From: Mytilus californianus
Taxonomy: Eukaryota
NCBI RefSeq assembly: GCF_021869535.1
Contig: NW_026262648.1
Location: forward strand, 2,666,001-2,730,000
Direction: 5' to 3'
Length of the DNA: 64,000 nucleotides
Shown here piece by piece: positions 51,901 to 63,889 of the stretch. Positions within the stretch are counted from its first letter, which is position 1. The number at the start of each line of letters is the position of its first letter. The position numbers and the translations under genes are program-made. The notes beneath the pieces are model-generated. The model searched no databases. It saw nothing but the letters and a program-made list of their open reading frames with translations, and had not been told where the DNA came from.

Positions 51901-53356
51901 ATCATAGATACCAGAATTAACATTTTGTATCCCAGTCGCACGTTTCGTCTACCATAGACTCACCAGTGACGCTCAAATCGAAAAAGTCAAAGAGGCCAAA
52001 TAAAGTACGAAGCTGAAGAGCATTGAAGACCCAAAATTCCGAAAGGTTTTGCCAAATACAGCTTGTATATTGTTGATGTCATAATGTCAGTTGATTGTTA
52101 GTTTTTGTTAACGCTTATTATTTTCATGACCAATTTCATTTCACGTTTTTTTTAAACAAACTCTACTCACTGTAATTGAACATAATTGTTAGAAAGGCAG
52201 TGCAATTTACTCTCGGTTTATTTCAACATTATGTTCATCTCTGCATGTATTAACCTCTCTTTCTCTCTTTTTTTTCTTTGGTGCACGTGGTTAGATTATT
52301 ATGATGTTAAGGAGAAACAATAGCATGCAATTATTAATCATATCGAATTTATTGTCAATTTGTTTTCATCCTGAATACGTATAAAATATTTGACATTCGA
52401 AGAAAAAAAGATAAGTTATTCATTAATCTCTGTTTTTCTGTGGATTGCTTTATGTATTCAATAATGTATTTCAGAAGATAAGATTTCCAAGGAAAACAAA
52501 CAACTGTCCAATTTCATGTAAAAATTGAACTGCATGTTTAGGGACAAATAACAAATCAAGAGCGGGAACCATGCTCAATCTGATCAGACAACTTGACTTT
52601 GAGACACGTGTCAAGCTGTTTATACGAGAGAAAAAACCTTACAACAAATTTCTTAATAGGTGTCCTGTTGTTTGTGCGTGATGTTTGAACACGCAGTTTG
52701 TTAGGTCAAAATAGATTTAAGATATACGTAAGAAGGTATTATCGCTCTGTTCGTTAAAGAACTCAATTAAGGGGAAATTTATGCCATGTTTCAAAGATTT
52801 AATGAGATAATTTTATCGCTTAATCTTAAATATGGACACTTTGTTTTACGCCCTATTTCATTAGTACAACTGAAGAGCTCTGTACATTGATTTTTCCTTT
52901 TGACACTTATTTGTCTGTTGGTTTTTTTCTATCACTTTTTCTCAAGTATTCGAATGTATTCACCATTGCATTTCAGATTTTTGAGTTTTAGCTTTCCTAA
53001 CGAAGATAAATCAATAAATGCGCTTCGGAGAAACCAACTTTATTAAGTGTTATTTGTATTTGGTTGGAATGCTCCCGTGGAGTATTTTTGCCGGTAATCA
53101 TCACATGCATGATGTTGATCGTGTTTAGATGTAAGTATTTTATTGTAGTAACTCTGCTTCAGACAAACATTATGAGACGTTATTCCAGAATTTAATTAGA
53201 AAAGTCTCGTTTTGACAAAAATATTATTATGAGTTTTAAAATTCATAGAATATTCAATACACTTCAAGAAACTGGGATTTACCTTCTTCAAGAACGCTCA
53301 AACGTAAATATACTGACGTACTCGGTAGTAAATAGTTACCAGGCTTATAATTTAAT

Positions 53357-53400
53357 ACGCCAGACGCGCTTTCGTCTACATTAGACTCATCAGTGACGCT
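53357..53400 (-). ncRNA. Hammerhead motif, second family (CTGATGA-GTCT/AGAC-GAAA)
   Basis: GCGTCA-CTGATGA-GTCTAATGTAGAC-GAA-AGCGCGT-C-TGGCGT; the stem III palindrome is one base short. Decayed relatives at about 51930-51972 (-), 45196-45235 (+) and 20092-20126 (-). Confidence 0.7.
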
Positions 53401-53830
53401 CAGATCAAAATAGTAATAAAGCCAAACAAGTATAAAGTTGAAGAGCATTGAGGACTCAAAATTCCAAAACGTTGTGCCAAATATGGCTAAGGTAATCCAG
53501 GCCTGGGATAAGAAAATCCTTTGTATTTCGAATAATTCATACTTTTGCAAACAGTTAGTTTATAAGAAATGACCATATAATTGATATTCATGTCAACACC
53601 GAAGTGTTTAAAACTATTTAAAACAAAACACGTAAAAACATGATTTATTGACGACACAGATATCTACTTGACAAATGAATCCATTCAGTACATATAGAAA
53701 TTTAGGATAATATATAACAGAAGATAAAGTATGCATGCCAATGAACAGAGGGTTTCTTATTGATGCAGATTTACTCAGTACCAGTCAGGGGAAATCGACT
53801 CTTGGCTCCCTGTGTTGTTTGAGTATCAAT

Positions 53831-54025
53831 TTATTTCCTTATTGATGTAACATTGTTATGTGCAACTCCATTATTTTCCACGGAACGGGGTTTTGGGTGG
53901 ACCCGTTCTCGCTTTCGCCGATTAGCTGCCGCTCCACACAAACACCACCAACAACAAGCTGTTGCCCCGGCTAGTGCTGCCGCTCCACAAATGGAGGCAA
54001 CCACCAATGGCCATATCTCTGAATT
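53831..54025 (-). CDS. Gene 3 last exon: TM helix (WPLVVASICGAAALAGATACCWWCLCG) plus basic short tail
   Basis: tttttttcag acceptor; locally GC-rich, open for 64 codons; hydrophobic stretch, then NRRKRER; TAA at 53831. Confidence 0.8.
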   Translation of the reverse strand, partial: NSEIWPLVVASICGAAALAGATACCWWCLCGAAANRRKRERVHPKPRSVENNGVAHNNVTSIRK

Positions 54026-54596
54026 CTGAAAAAAATACTAGTTAATCAAGTTTTTGAATTATATTAAATATCGATTTCTGAAAATATAAGTTGAAGAAAT
54101 CGTTTTGTTTGTCCGTTGCCTTCAGAGCTTCTATAAGTTTATAACTGATTTACTGAGTATGCTTCCTTATATTCACCAACTATACAAGACTTAAATAGAA
54201 ATGAGTTGATGACACAAGTGATATTGAAATTCTTCAAAAGTATCAGGCTTATAAATACGTTCTACAGCTGGGCGTTTGATGTGACTTATCAGAGGCACTG
54301 GAATCAAAAAGTAAAACAACAAAAATATTCAAAACGGAAAGTCCCTTTACAATTGGCAAAATCAAAAGCTCAAAAACATCAAACGAATGGAAAACAACTG
54401 TCGTATTCCTGACTTGTTGATTGTTGAAAAGTCAAATCATTCACGAAGTTCAGATGAAGAACACTTAGAACCAAAAATTCCAAAAGTTGTGCAAATAATT
54501 TCTCTTGTCATGCCTAGGATAAGAAAAATATTTTTTTAAATAATTTTGCCATCTTATACGCAGTAAATTAACAGAAAATGACTGCATTAGTATTAC

Positions 54597-54715
54597 ATTT
54601 ATGTCTGAAACAACGAGTTGACTATTCATTCGGCTGGTGACATTCTTAGAGGTGGCGAAACGTCTACCAGCAGTTGTAACCATCCAGGGGTTGTAAAAAG
54701 TCATCAACGAATAAC
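54597..54715 (-). CDS. Gene 3 candidate stalk exon (YSLMTFYNPW...NVTSRMNSQLVVSDIN)
   Basis: aatag acceptor, gtaata donor, 119 nt open, phase 1-0, which fits the first acceptor of the TM exon; direct splicing to an alternative AG at 54018 also keeps frame. Confidence 0.45.
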
Positions 54716-56706
54716 CTATTACAGAAATTATGCAAATCTTCAATTTACTAATATAAAACGTAGCAACGTGCAATATATCATCCAGTCCAAATAAACAAGA
54801 TGAAAAGTGTAATTCTAGTTCCGTATATTTGCAAAGTATCTTTTTTCTTGCACAATAAAAACAAATCTGCTTCCGGTTTGTTATGCATACTAGTCTGTAT
54901 ATTTCGACTTGCTTTGTTATTTATTTAATTGTCTTTCATTATATTCCAGAGGACCGTAAACAGTAGGAAACAAATAAACAATAAAGTAAGGAACATCTGC
55001 AAAAATGATAGATTTGTTGTTTTACTTTATTTACGTTTCATGAAGTTTTTACGCTGTTCTTTGCATGCATCGTTTAAAATTGCTGTTTAAGAACAACGTT
55101 ATAATTTTGTGCAAGAAGCGGACCCAGACCATAATTGCAAAAAGCTGTGATGCCGACTCTTGTAACCTTGCAAGATATTGTTAATTTACATTGATGGCTT
55201 TCAAGACATATGTTTTTGAGTAAGTGTTGAATGATTAGTTCAAGAAACACTTGCCGTGCGCGCTGAAATCCGGGTCGAACATTTATTTTTCTACATCTGA
55301 GTTAGTACGCTAAAGATGGACAGTATGTCCCAATGATACCATCATTCCAGTTGTCAGAGGATTGATGCTGACATATGAAAAACTATACATTTGGAATTTT
55401 ATGCGACTTTCATACAAATGAGAGGTTAATCTAGCTATAAAACCAGGTTTAATCCACCATTTTCTACAAAAAGGAAATGCCTGTACCAAGTCATGAATAT
55501 GACAGTTGTTTTCCATTCGTTTGATGTGTGTTTGAGCTTTTGAATTTGCCATTGTTAAGGACTTTCCGTTTGGAATTTTCCTTTGAGTTCGATATTTTTA
55601 TAATTTTACTTTTTCATATTAAATTTCCAGTTGACACATTATGTAATTGTACTAAAACAATATTGAACCTCTCTAACCAATTTGATATAATCTGATTGTG
55701 AATACTCTTTGTATGCCTTTATTGGTTATAATGCTCTCACATGACCGTTAGGATATTGCCAATAGGACTTCGAACAGTGCTCCGACAAATGTAACGCATA
55801 CAGTTTTTTTTTCATTTTTAGCTTCCCATTTCTAAGAAGTAACATACCATCTGCACCATCTTATGGCAGTTACATCTCAATTGATAGGCAATTCAGGCAT
55901 GCTCCTATTGAATGGGTGAGCTGGTGCTAACAGCAGGGTTGTGAGGAAAAACGATTGAAATCGACATTACAAAAGTTTTTTTCCGTCATCATCTCTAATC
56001 GGTGAGCGATACGACGTGTCCGTGTCTATACTCACGGAGGACATGTTTCGCGGTCAAAATATTAAGATACAAGAAGAAACAAATATGATCGGTAAACCAA
56101 CCGAGTGTCCATTCCCCTATCGTGATATTTTGACTGAGGTTGGATTTGTTTATCGGGTGATGCATGCATAGCAAGGGCCGCTTACTGTGTTTCGTTCCGT
56201 TTTGCGTTCATACGATCTCAGTTTTAATATCTTGGTCGTATATATCTAAAACGGATTTATGATTTTTATCTTCGGTAAACCACTGTTGCCTCTTTATATG
56301 TATATATATATAGGCTTTTCAAACCATATTATGGTACGAGTTAACTGATGACTAGAATCAAGAATCGCATTGAAAATACATATGTATCTCTTATTATCGA
56401 GTAAACCATACAAACAATAAAAGTAATTCATTAAATAGTATGAGCAACATTTAGGAAGAGTATATAATTCATGCTTTAGTTCATTGGATCATTATTGTTG
56501 TGATTTCCTCGGACCTCAGAATTTGTACTTACAAAGAGCAACATGACGAATGTCACTAGTGGTTTAATATTCTATATAGTTATAAGCGTACTTGTTTATT
56601 GTTTCGTCGTCTTTCTTTTTTTTTTTGCCATGACGTTGTTAGATTTCCTACGACTAGTGCATTTTGAATGTCCCTTGGTATCTTGCGCCTTTTTTGTAAT
56701 ATTATA

Positions 56707-57070
56707 TAAATAACACATAGCTGAGAAGGTGATAGAGCAGATTGTTACCCCGAGAAAACATTGTCAACTGAGGCGAAGCCAAGGTTGACAATGTTTTTTC
56801 GAGGGGTAACAATCTGCTCTATCACCTTCTCAGATATGTATTATTTAATATATTATACTGAATGTTCTGTTATTACTGTCGATTAAATTTCAAATTCAAA
56901 GTAATAAACTATGACGTCTTGTACATAACAACCATCCGTATTTAATGAAGCGCACACTTGATCAAGCGTCTCCGTGAAGGGTAATAGAGTATTTACCATA
57001 GAATAGAGTAAATTAACACCCTCGTATAAGCCAATCAAAATATTGCATTTTTACGTGAAGTATAATAAAT
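56707..57070 (+). mobile_element. Palindrome-capped element (141-bp inverted repeat centred on GCGAAGC)
   Basis: Arms 56707-56770 and 56783-56847 are nearly perfect; tail has tgacgtc and gccaatc. Confidence 0.75.
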
Positions 57071-57655
57071 GAGTTTGTGTTCATGTAACATGAAGAGGGC
57101 ACTTGCTTTAGAAATGAGCTATACAGGGTAGCGTATCATCCAGTGTTTAACCTCAGCAAACAGTTATAACTTTTTGCAATAAAGGTGAGGGTTATATTTT
57201 AATTTAATAATCATGCAAAAAATCAAAAACTTTAAATTGGATGACTACAATAATATGCACATACCTTTTGTTTTTGTTGTGGGTCTGAAATGAAAAAAAT
57301 ATATATATTACGTATTTTAAGTTTCCTCTCAAGAAGCTCCTTTCTCCTTAAGCACAGTCGGGTATTTTATTTCTGAATTCTTATCCTTTTTCAATAACTG
57401 TTTTAAACATTGTCGACATACATACACCAGTAATTTGTTGTAAGTGCATTAAGAATATAATAGTTGGTGTTCAAATGATGTTAACTATTACAGGAAAAGC
57501 CCTTACTTTTAAAATTGTTAGTACCTATTTTATCAAACTAGACAAACAAGAAATTAATGACCATAGATAATTGCTTTAAATGATTGCCTAGAAATTGAGT
57601 TTTAAGAAGAAAATCAATAAAATCGCCCCGTCCAATTTCCACTTTTCCTTCTTAC

Positions 57656-57796
57656 CCCAATTGCAGTATCTTCCGGTATAATTTTGGAGACAGGAACAAG
57701 AAAATTTGTTGATATCGTTAACACATCTCCCGCCGTTTTTACATGGGTTTGATGAGCATTCATCTATTTCTGTCTCACAGTCGACACCAGTATAAC
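57656..57796 (-). CDS. Gene 3: end of the previous EGF plus a calcium-binding EGF (YTGVDCETEIDECSSNPCKNGGRCVNDINKFSCSCLQNYTGRYCNW)
   Basis: cttaag acceptor, G|gtaaga donor, 141 nt, phase 1-1; IDEC plus the C-x-N-x4-F-x-C-x-C Asn-hydroxylation consensus. Confidence 0.92.
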
Positions 57797-59429
57797 CTTA
57801 AGTATCAATAAGAACATTATGTTGTGACAGGCAAATCTTAGCTGCAAAATAATACGTTCCTTTTTAACTAAACGATAATTTTGGCAAGATTTATAAATTT
57901 GCACTATTAGCACAAAAATATATAGAACGTATTGTATATATAGCTTATAATATATCAAAGGTTTCTTTGTTTCTTTGTTATTTAGAATTGTCAATAGATC
58001 GAAAACATCTTTAAAAAAAATAATGGCATGATCATATTTTTGTGTACTGATACACGTTGTTGTTTTCATTTACATGAAAATGTTTTACAAAAGAATTCTA
58101 AAAATAAAATACAATGTACATGCTTGCAATGCAATTACTAAACGAGATGTTGATGTACGTATTACATGAAGTCTTATGTTTTGTTCACTTATGTTGGAAT
58201 TTAATCAATTTAACAAAGCGTCTTATGTAAAAAGGATCAACGACGTGAAGTCTGGAAGATATGACTTGAAGCAGATGTAAAATACGCTAGCATCATTACA
58301 TTCATGATATAAAAAAGAAAATACCATACAAAGGGTGTCAACAAAAAATCAGAAGTATAAGAACAACAGTCCATGGCAAATAGAAAACGACGAAAAGTGA
58401 AAAAAAACAGTCCACATCACACTTAACAGAAAACTAAATATCGATCAAAACGAGCCCCGCAAAAAACTGGCGTATAATCAGATAATCCTCATTCCGACAG
58501 TGGCATTAATATTTTATTTTATGAAATAAGGAGTAATGGGATATATGTCAATAAGACAGCCTGCAAACAATTTCAGGACCAAAAGGAACATCATAAGGTC
58601 AACAGAAAGTTTTTATCAAAAATGTTAAATGTAAAGCTCTAAATCGTCCAGACAAAATGTAAAATAATTAAACAGCGAAAAACAACGATCTCTCATTAAC
58701 AACACAAACAAATAAACAAACACAAACATTGAAGAATTTTCTTAAATGGGACAGACACATTTGTGATGTAACAATAATTTCCAGAATGCTCAACCTTTCT
58801 TCTTTTATTTCTCATCAATTATATTACCAAAGGTGTAAGTATAAATTCGTCATAAAATGCAGTGCACAAGAGGCGCTTATTTCAACAATACCAACAAACA
58901 CAACGATAAGTGGATAATACTAAATGATAATCTATTAGATTGATTGGTTGTTGTTTTCTAAACGTCAATTAAGATACTAGAAAATGATTTAAGGTACCGA
59001 GAGCTGGCTAAATGTACTTAAAATGTCTTTTTATGAAGTAACGCCTATCCATTGTGCCCTTTATTTGAACAATTGCTGTGACGTCTTTTTATAATTATTT
59101 TCTTAATTATGCCCTTTTATCGATAAGCTTCGATAACCACGCAATTCTCTTAAACTATGCACTGACAAAAACAAGCAATAAGACGATTGAAATCATGATA
59201 AAAATATAAAAAACAAAATCCTACGCACTTGAACGAACAATTAGTTTCCTGACTTGAATTTCGGTTGAATTATTATAATTAGAAATTTAAATGTATTTTA
59301 CAAAATATATATATATGTAAATTTACATTCATTAGATACAAATATGTATTTGGAAGTATACTGTTTAGAAACTGTTGAAATTCCGATTACAAATTCGAAA
59401 GTGTAATAATACCTTTAAAAATATGTGAA

Positions 59430-61075
59430 ATAGCCAAAACAATCACAGAAAACTTTCTGTTCTATGACCAAGATCTATGTGCATTTTCAATAATGGCCGC
59501 TCTTCAACATTAAAGACTAAGATATAATTCATGACTTAAATCTATGTTTTGTAAATCTTGTTTTGCTGCTAATTTTTCTGTCCTTTTCTGTCCATCATCC
59601 ATAGTTCTTGACCAAAATAAAACAAATGAGTAAAAATAGTCATTCAAGGGCAATAACTTTTACAAGAAGTAGGCTTTCAGCTGTATTGACCAATTTGTGG
59701 ATCTTGTCTTACTGATCATGTTTGCTTTCACAGTTTGTCTTTATCTACTATAGTTTTTTGCATAACATATAAAAAAGGTAAAATTCATCATTTCTTTTTA
59801 AATCTATTTAAGTTTTTGTATAATATGCAAAAACTGGATAAAAAAAAGATAATTAAAGGGCAATAACTCCTACACAATATTGACTGATAATTTTGGTCAT
59901 CTTAACAAATGTGTAGAAATTATCCTGTTTTTTTTGTAGGCTGGTAATAGTTTTTCTTTATCTACTGTATGTTTGGCCAAATATACAAAAAAAAATTAAA
60001 AAACGGTGTTTACTTGTCATTTAGAGGCAACAAGTTCAATAAGAATCAACCTACGATTTCGGCAATGTAAACAAATTGAAAGATCTTGTCCTGTTAAATT
60101 TAATTTAAGTTTCTCTAATTTTTTAACTATTTTCACATTTCACAACCGATTGTGAAAACATTGTTCTCCTGACCTCACTAGTGAAATATTTGTTCTCGGC
60201 AAATGATTGGTCGAAATTTAATTATGACGTCAAATTTTCTTGGTTTCTTCTGAATTTAATATTGTGACGTCATGAAAAAAGGCGACCATGCCTGAAGACG
60301 TCACAAATAAAATACTCAACTTTGCAAAGTAAGGATAAAGTCATTAGAGAAGTAGATTCAACCACTATAACTCGTGTATTACGATATTTCTCCACTCTCA
60401 ACAGTTAAACTTTAATTATTTAAAAAGATCGGCAAGCATCGCACTTAAAGTTGAAAAATATCGTAACACATTTTTTACAGTGGTGGAATCTATATTTCTC
60501 TTTATCTGTTATAGTTTCCAAGATAAAAAAAATAAAAAACGCATAAAATTGGTAAAAATCGTCAATTAGGGGCAATAACTTCTAAAAAAAAAGCCGACTC
60601 ACGATTTCAACAATGTTTTGATTTTTCTTATATCATGCGTTGATGAAAGGTTTTACAATCTAGAGCTTCTCTTTATCTATAAAAGTTTTCAAAATAATAT
60701 TCAAAAATACAAAAAAGGGCGATAACTCCTATAAAGAGTCGGCTGACAGTTTTGGTGTAAATGATCAGTAGGTAAATCACCAGATTTATGCCTCTTTAGG
60801 TTATTCTTTAAATAGTGGTTTTTCAAAATTATAAACAAAAGTTTCATTTTCTCCTATATTCTTTTTTTAGCCATGTCGGCAATGTTGGTTAAAATGCAGG
60901 AACATTGGGCACTAGATACCCAATGATGATTGTGGCCACTTTTGGTTCCAATTGCTCCAGTAATTTAAGAGGAGAATATTTTTGTAAACGTTAGCGGAGG
61001 ACAACCACGGCGGACGACAGACACCAAGTGATTAAAATAACGCAGTTTGACCCTTTAGTCAGCTAATTATATAAG
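59430..61075 (+). mobile_element. Old HINE-type element with several decayed core repeats, interrupted at about 60135-60460
   Basis: Recurring AGGGCAATAACT at about 59647, 59857, 60568 and 60716; ends cggacgacagacaccaagtga. Confidence 0.6.
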
Positions 61076-63051
61076 CTGAAAAAGTGAAACGGAAAATCGA
61101 ACTTACGTTTATTAATTTTAAACCTAACATTAACTCTTAAATTCGTCTTAACCTCGTGACTTCAAACTTAAATCTTAGATTTGATTTTTTTATAAGGTAT
61201 CGGCTTTTCTTTTGCTCTTTTTTGTTTTATTAACCCTTCAACGTTTGTATTACGTTTTGGATTTTCAAAAATTATGATGGCTTCGATCTTCACTGAAGAG
61301 ACATTAATTATGGAAATTTGCATCTCGTGCAGTAACATTGGTACTTTTCGTGTTATTAAAGAAAACGAAAGTATCTTTTACATATAAATTTTGCTCATCT
61401 TTCTCAATTCTGTATTCATTTCCGTTGACAATAATCTTGGATGACGAGGTCAACAAGAATGCATGCTTATTATATTGTATAAAATATAAATTGGTAGCCA
61501 AAAGGTTTAATTGATGTGTTTGATTCATTATAGAAAGAGAGTTTGATTCCCGACGGAAAATAAAATTGTTTTAGTCAAAAGTATGTATTTCAGCTTTTTC
61601 CCTTGTGAATTGAAATCAGCAAGTTAGCCAATTCAGAATTAATAAATTTGTGCACAAGGATGACTATTTTGCCTACGTAGTTCTGTATGCATGTGTATGG
61701 AAATATATACCACCTCTCATCTTTCGATTGCTGTAGTTTTTTTAGTGATACATCTTCTGATATTTCAAAATTAGAATATAGTTGCCCCAGCAGAAACTTT
61801 TCTTAAGTTAAAAGAAAAAAATAATTCAATTTTATATCAGTGGAAAAATACTCTTCATTGGTATGTTTGCTCCTTTTGCACTGGGATTATTGATATTTGA
61901 TATGTCTTATCTAACTATAAAAAGTTGACGGAATAAACGTTCCAGAAATATATCTCTCTTGTTTGTGACAAGTATAATGTCATAAAGTTAAACAAACAGT
62001 CTGACACTTAGTTTTGGCTTATTGACTATGTTGCCGCAGGTAAAACGCATGAATATAAAAATAAGGAGACCATGAATATGCGGTACCATTGCCAATGAGA
62101 CAACTATCCACCAAAGTTCAAAAGAAGTGGATGTAAGCCATTAGACAATAGTACGACCTTCAACAATGAGAAAATAAACCATACCGTATAGTCGGCTATA
62201 AAAGAACCCGACATGAAAAAATATGAAACAATTCAATTGAGAACAAAACAATTTACAAAAATCAAATATGACAGACATGCACAAACGAAAACCACTGAAA
62301 TACATGGTCCTAACTTTATACAGGCACATGAAGAAAGGCGGGTTAAAAATGTTTGCTGGCACCATACCCTCCCCTAATCTTGGACAGTGGTGTTACAGTA
62401 CAACATAAGCACAAACTGTAAAATTCAGTTGAAATGGGCTGAACACATCAGATCAATACACAGCAGAAAAACATTAAACAAAAACACAGACCGGACGTGG
62501 CAGGGAATTTATCCCTCACAACAAAAGACACAAAGAACAGATCTGAGAGTACTCGCATTTATTGAAATCTTGTTAAAAACCAATAACAACTTATAAAGAA
62601 AGCATGTATATAAGTTCAAAATATCTATCAGTACACATCCAACAACCAATGGATTTATTGTATAGACGTCATTTACAGTCAGAGAAAAACATAACCAGTT
62701 GGTGCCAAAATAAAAGTATCGACAGATTGTAGAACCGTGAATGTTCATATGTGTATAATATATATATCTAGTATGGTTTTATACATTCCCCATTTCCATT
62801 CTCAATTTTATTTTAATTTACTGATAACGAAATTAATATTTATACCAATAAACAGTGCTGAATTGGTAAGTATGTTCTTCAATTGCATTTACTCTACTTC
62901 TCGTTCAACTCGGACAGATTTAACGTTAAAGATTAGAATTCAGAGAAAATTGGCTTTGTGTAAATCTCATTTAATGTTATATGTATTAATGCAAATATTG
63001 TAAGGTATAAAAATGAATATATTTTCAGATTTTGGAATTTAATTTGTTCAC

Positions 63052-63135
63052 CTGACATGCAAGCACAAATAAATGCCTTTCCAGTATCTACACATGTACC
63101 ATTGTTCTTGCATGGAAAATCTGCACATGTCACTC
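63052..63135 (-). CDS. Gene 3 (EGF-TM protein, 5' end outside the window): EGF exon VTCADFPCKNNGTCVDTGKAFICACMS(G)
   Basis: tatgcag acceptor, G|gtgaac donor, phase 1-1; five of six Cys, completed by the next exon. Confidence 0.85.
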
Positions 63136-63498
63136 CTGCATAATATAGTTCATTCGAATTAAAATCAAATCTTTTCATATAAAGTATTCTTAATTTGAAA
63201 AATAAAAGTCTTACTAAAATCAAAGATCTGAAATAAATGTAAGTTTATTGATATTTTTCAAGACGAGGAAAGTGAAACAAAAATTGTTTTTTGTATTTTT
63301 TTTTTACCAGAAACAACATACTTATCTGCGACAGAAATGAAATGTATTTAACATAACCCTTTGTTTATATTGGGGCTCAGTGTTCTTATTATTTAGTTTC
63401 CTATGTTGTTTTTTTTTTTGGTTGACTGTTTTGCCTTTTCGTGGTTTTTCTTTTAGTCATTAAGTTGTCTGTTTTCTTTAGACAAATTGTTTTAGATT

Positions 63499-63889
63499 GA
63501 CATTGGTATCTTCCCCCTGTTTTACAGTGATAAGTAAAAAAGGATACTTACCATCTGTACAGTCTTTTGGTTTAAAGACATGTTGACATTGTTTTTTTAT
63601 CGACATTGGTATCTTCCCCCTGTTTTACAGTGATAAGAAAAAGATACTTACTATCTGTACAGTCTTTTGGTTTATACCCATGTTGACATTGTATTTTTAT
63701 CGACACTGGTATGTTCCCCCTGTTTTACAGTGATTAGAAAAGGATGCTTACTATCTGTACAGTCTTATGGTTTATACCCATGTTGACATTGTTTTTTTTT
63801 TATCGCCGTTGGTATCTTCCCCCTGTTTCACAGTGATAAGAAAAGGGTACTTACTATTTGTACAGACTTTTGGTTTATACCCATGTTGA
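63499..63889. repeat. About 100-bp tandem repeat, about 4 copies
   Basis: Unit starts at 63499, 63602, 63702 and 63805. Confidence 0.95.

Noticed and set aside
54915-54986. Signal-peptide-like MFLTLLFICFLLFT after an acceptor-like site
   Set aside because: Stops after 23 codons, has only a weak donor and no consistent downstream exon.
61304-61528. 74-aa ORF inside a gene 3 intron
   Set aside because: The flanking EGF exons join directly in frame to complete one domain, so no exon is needed here; the 3' part overlaps a decayed hammerhead repeat.
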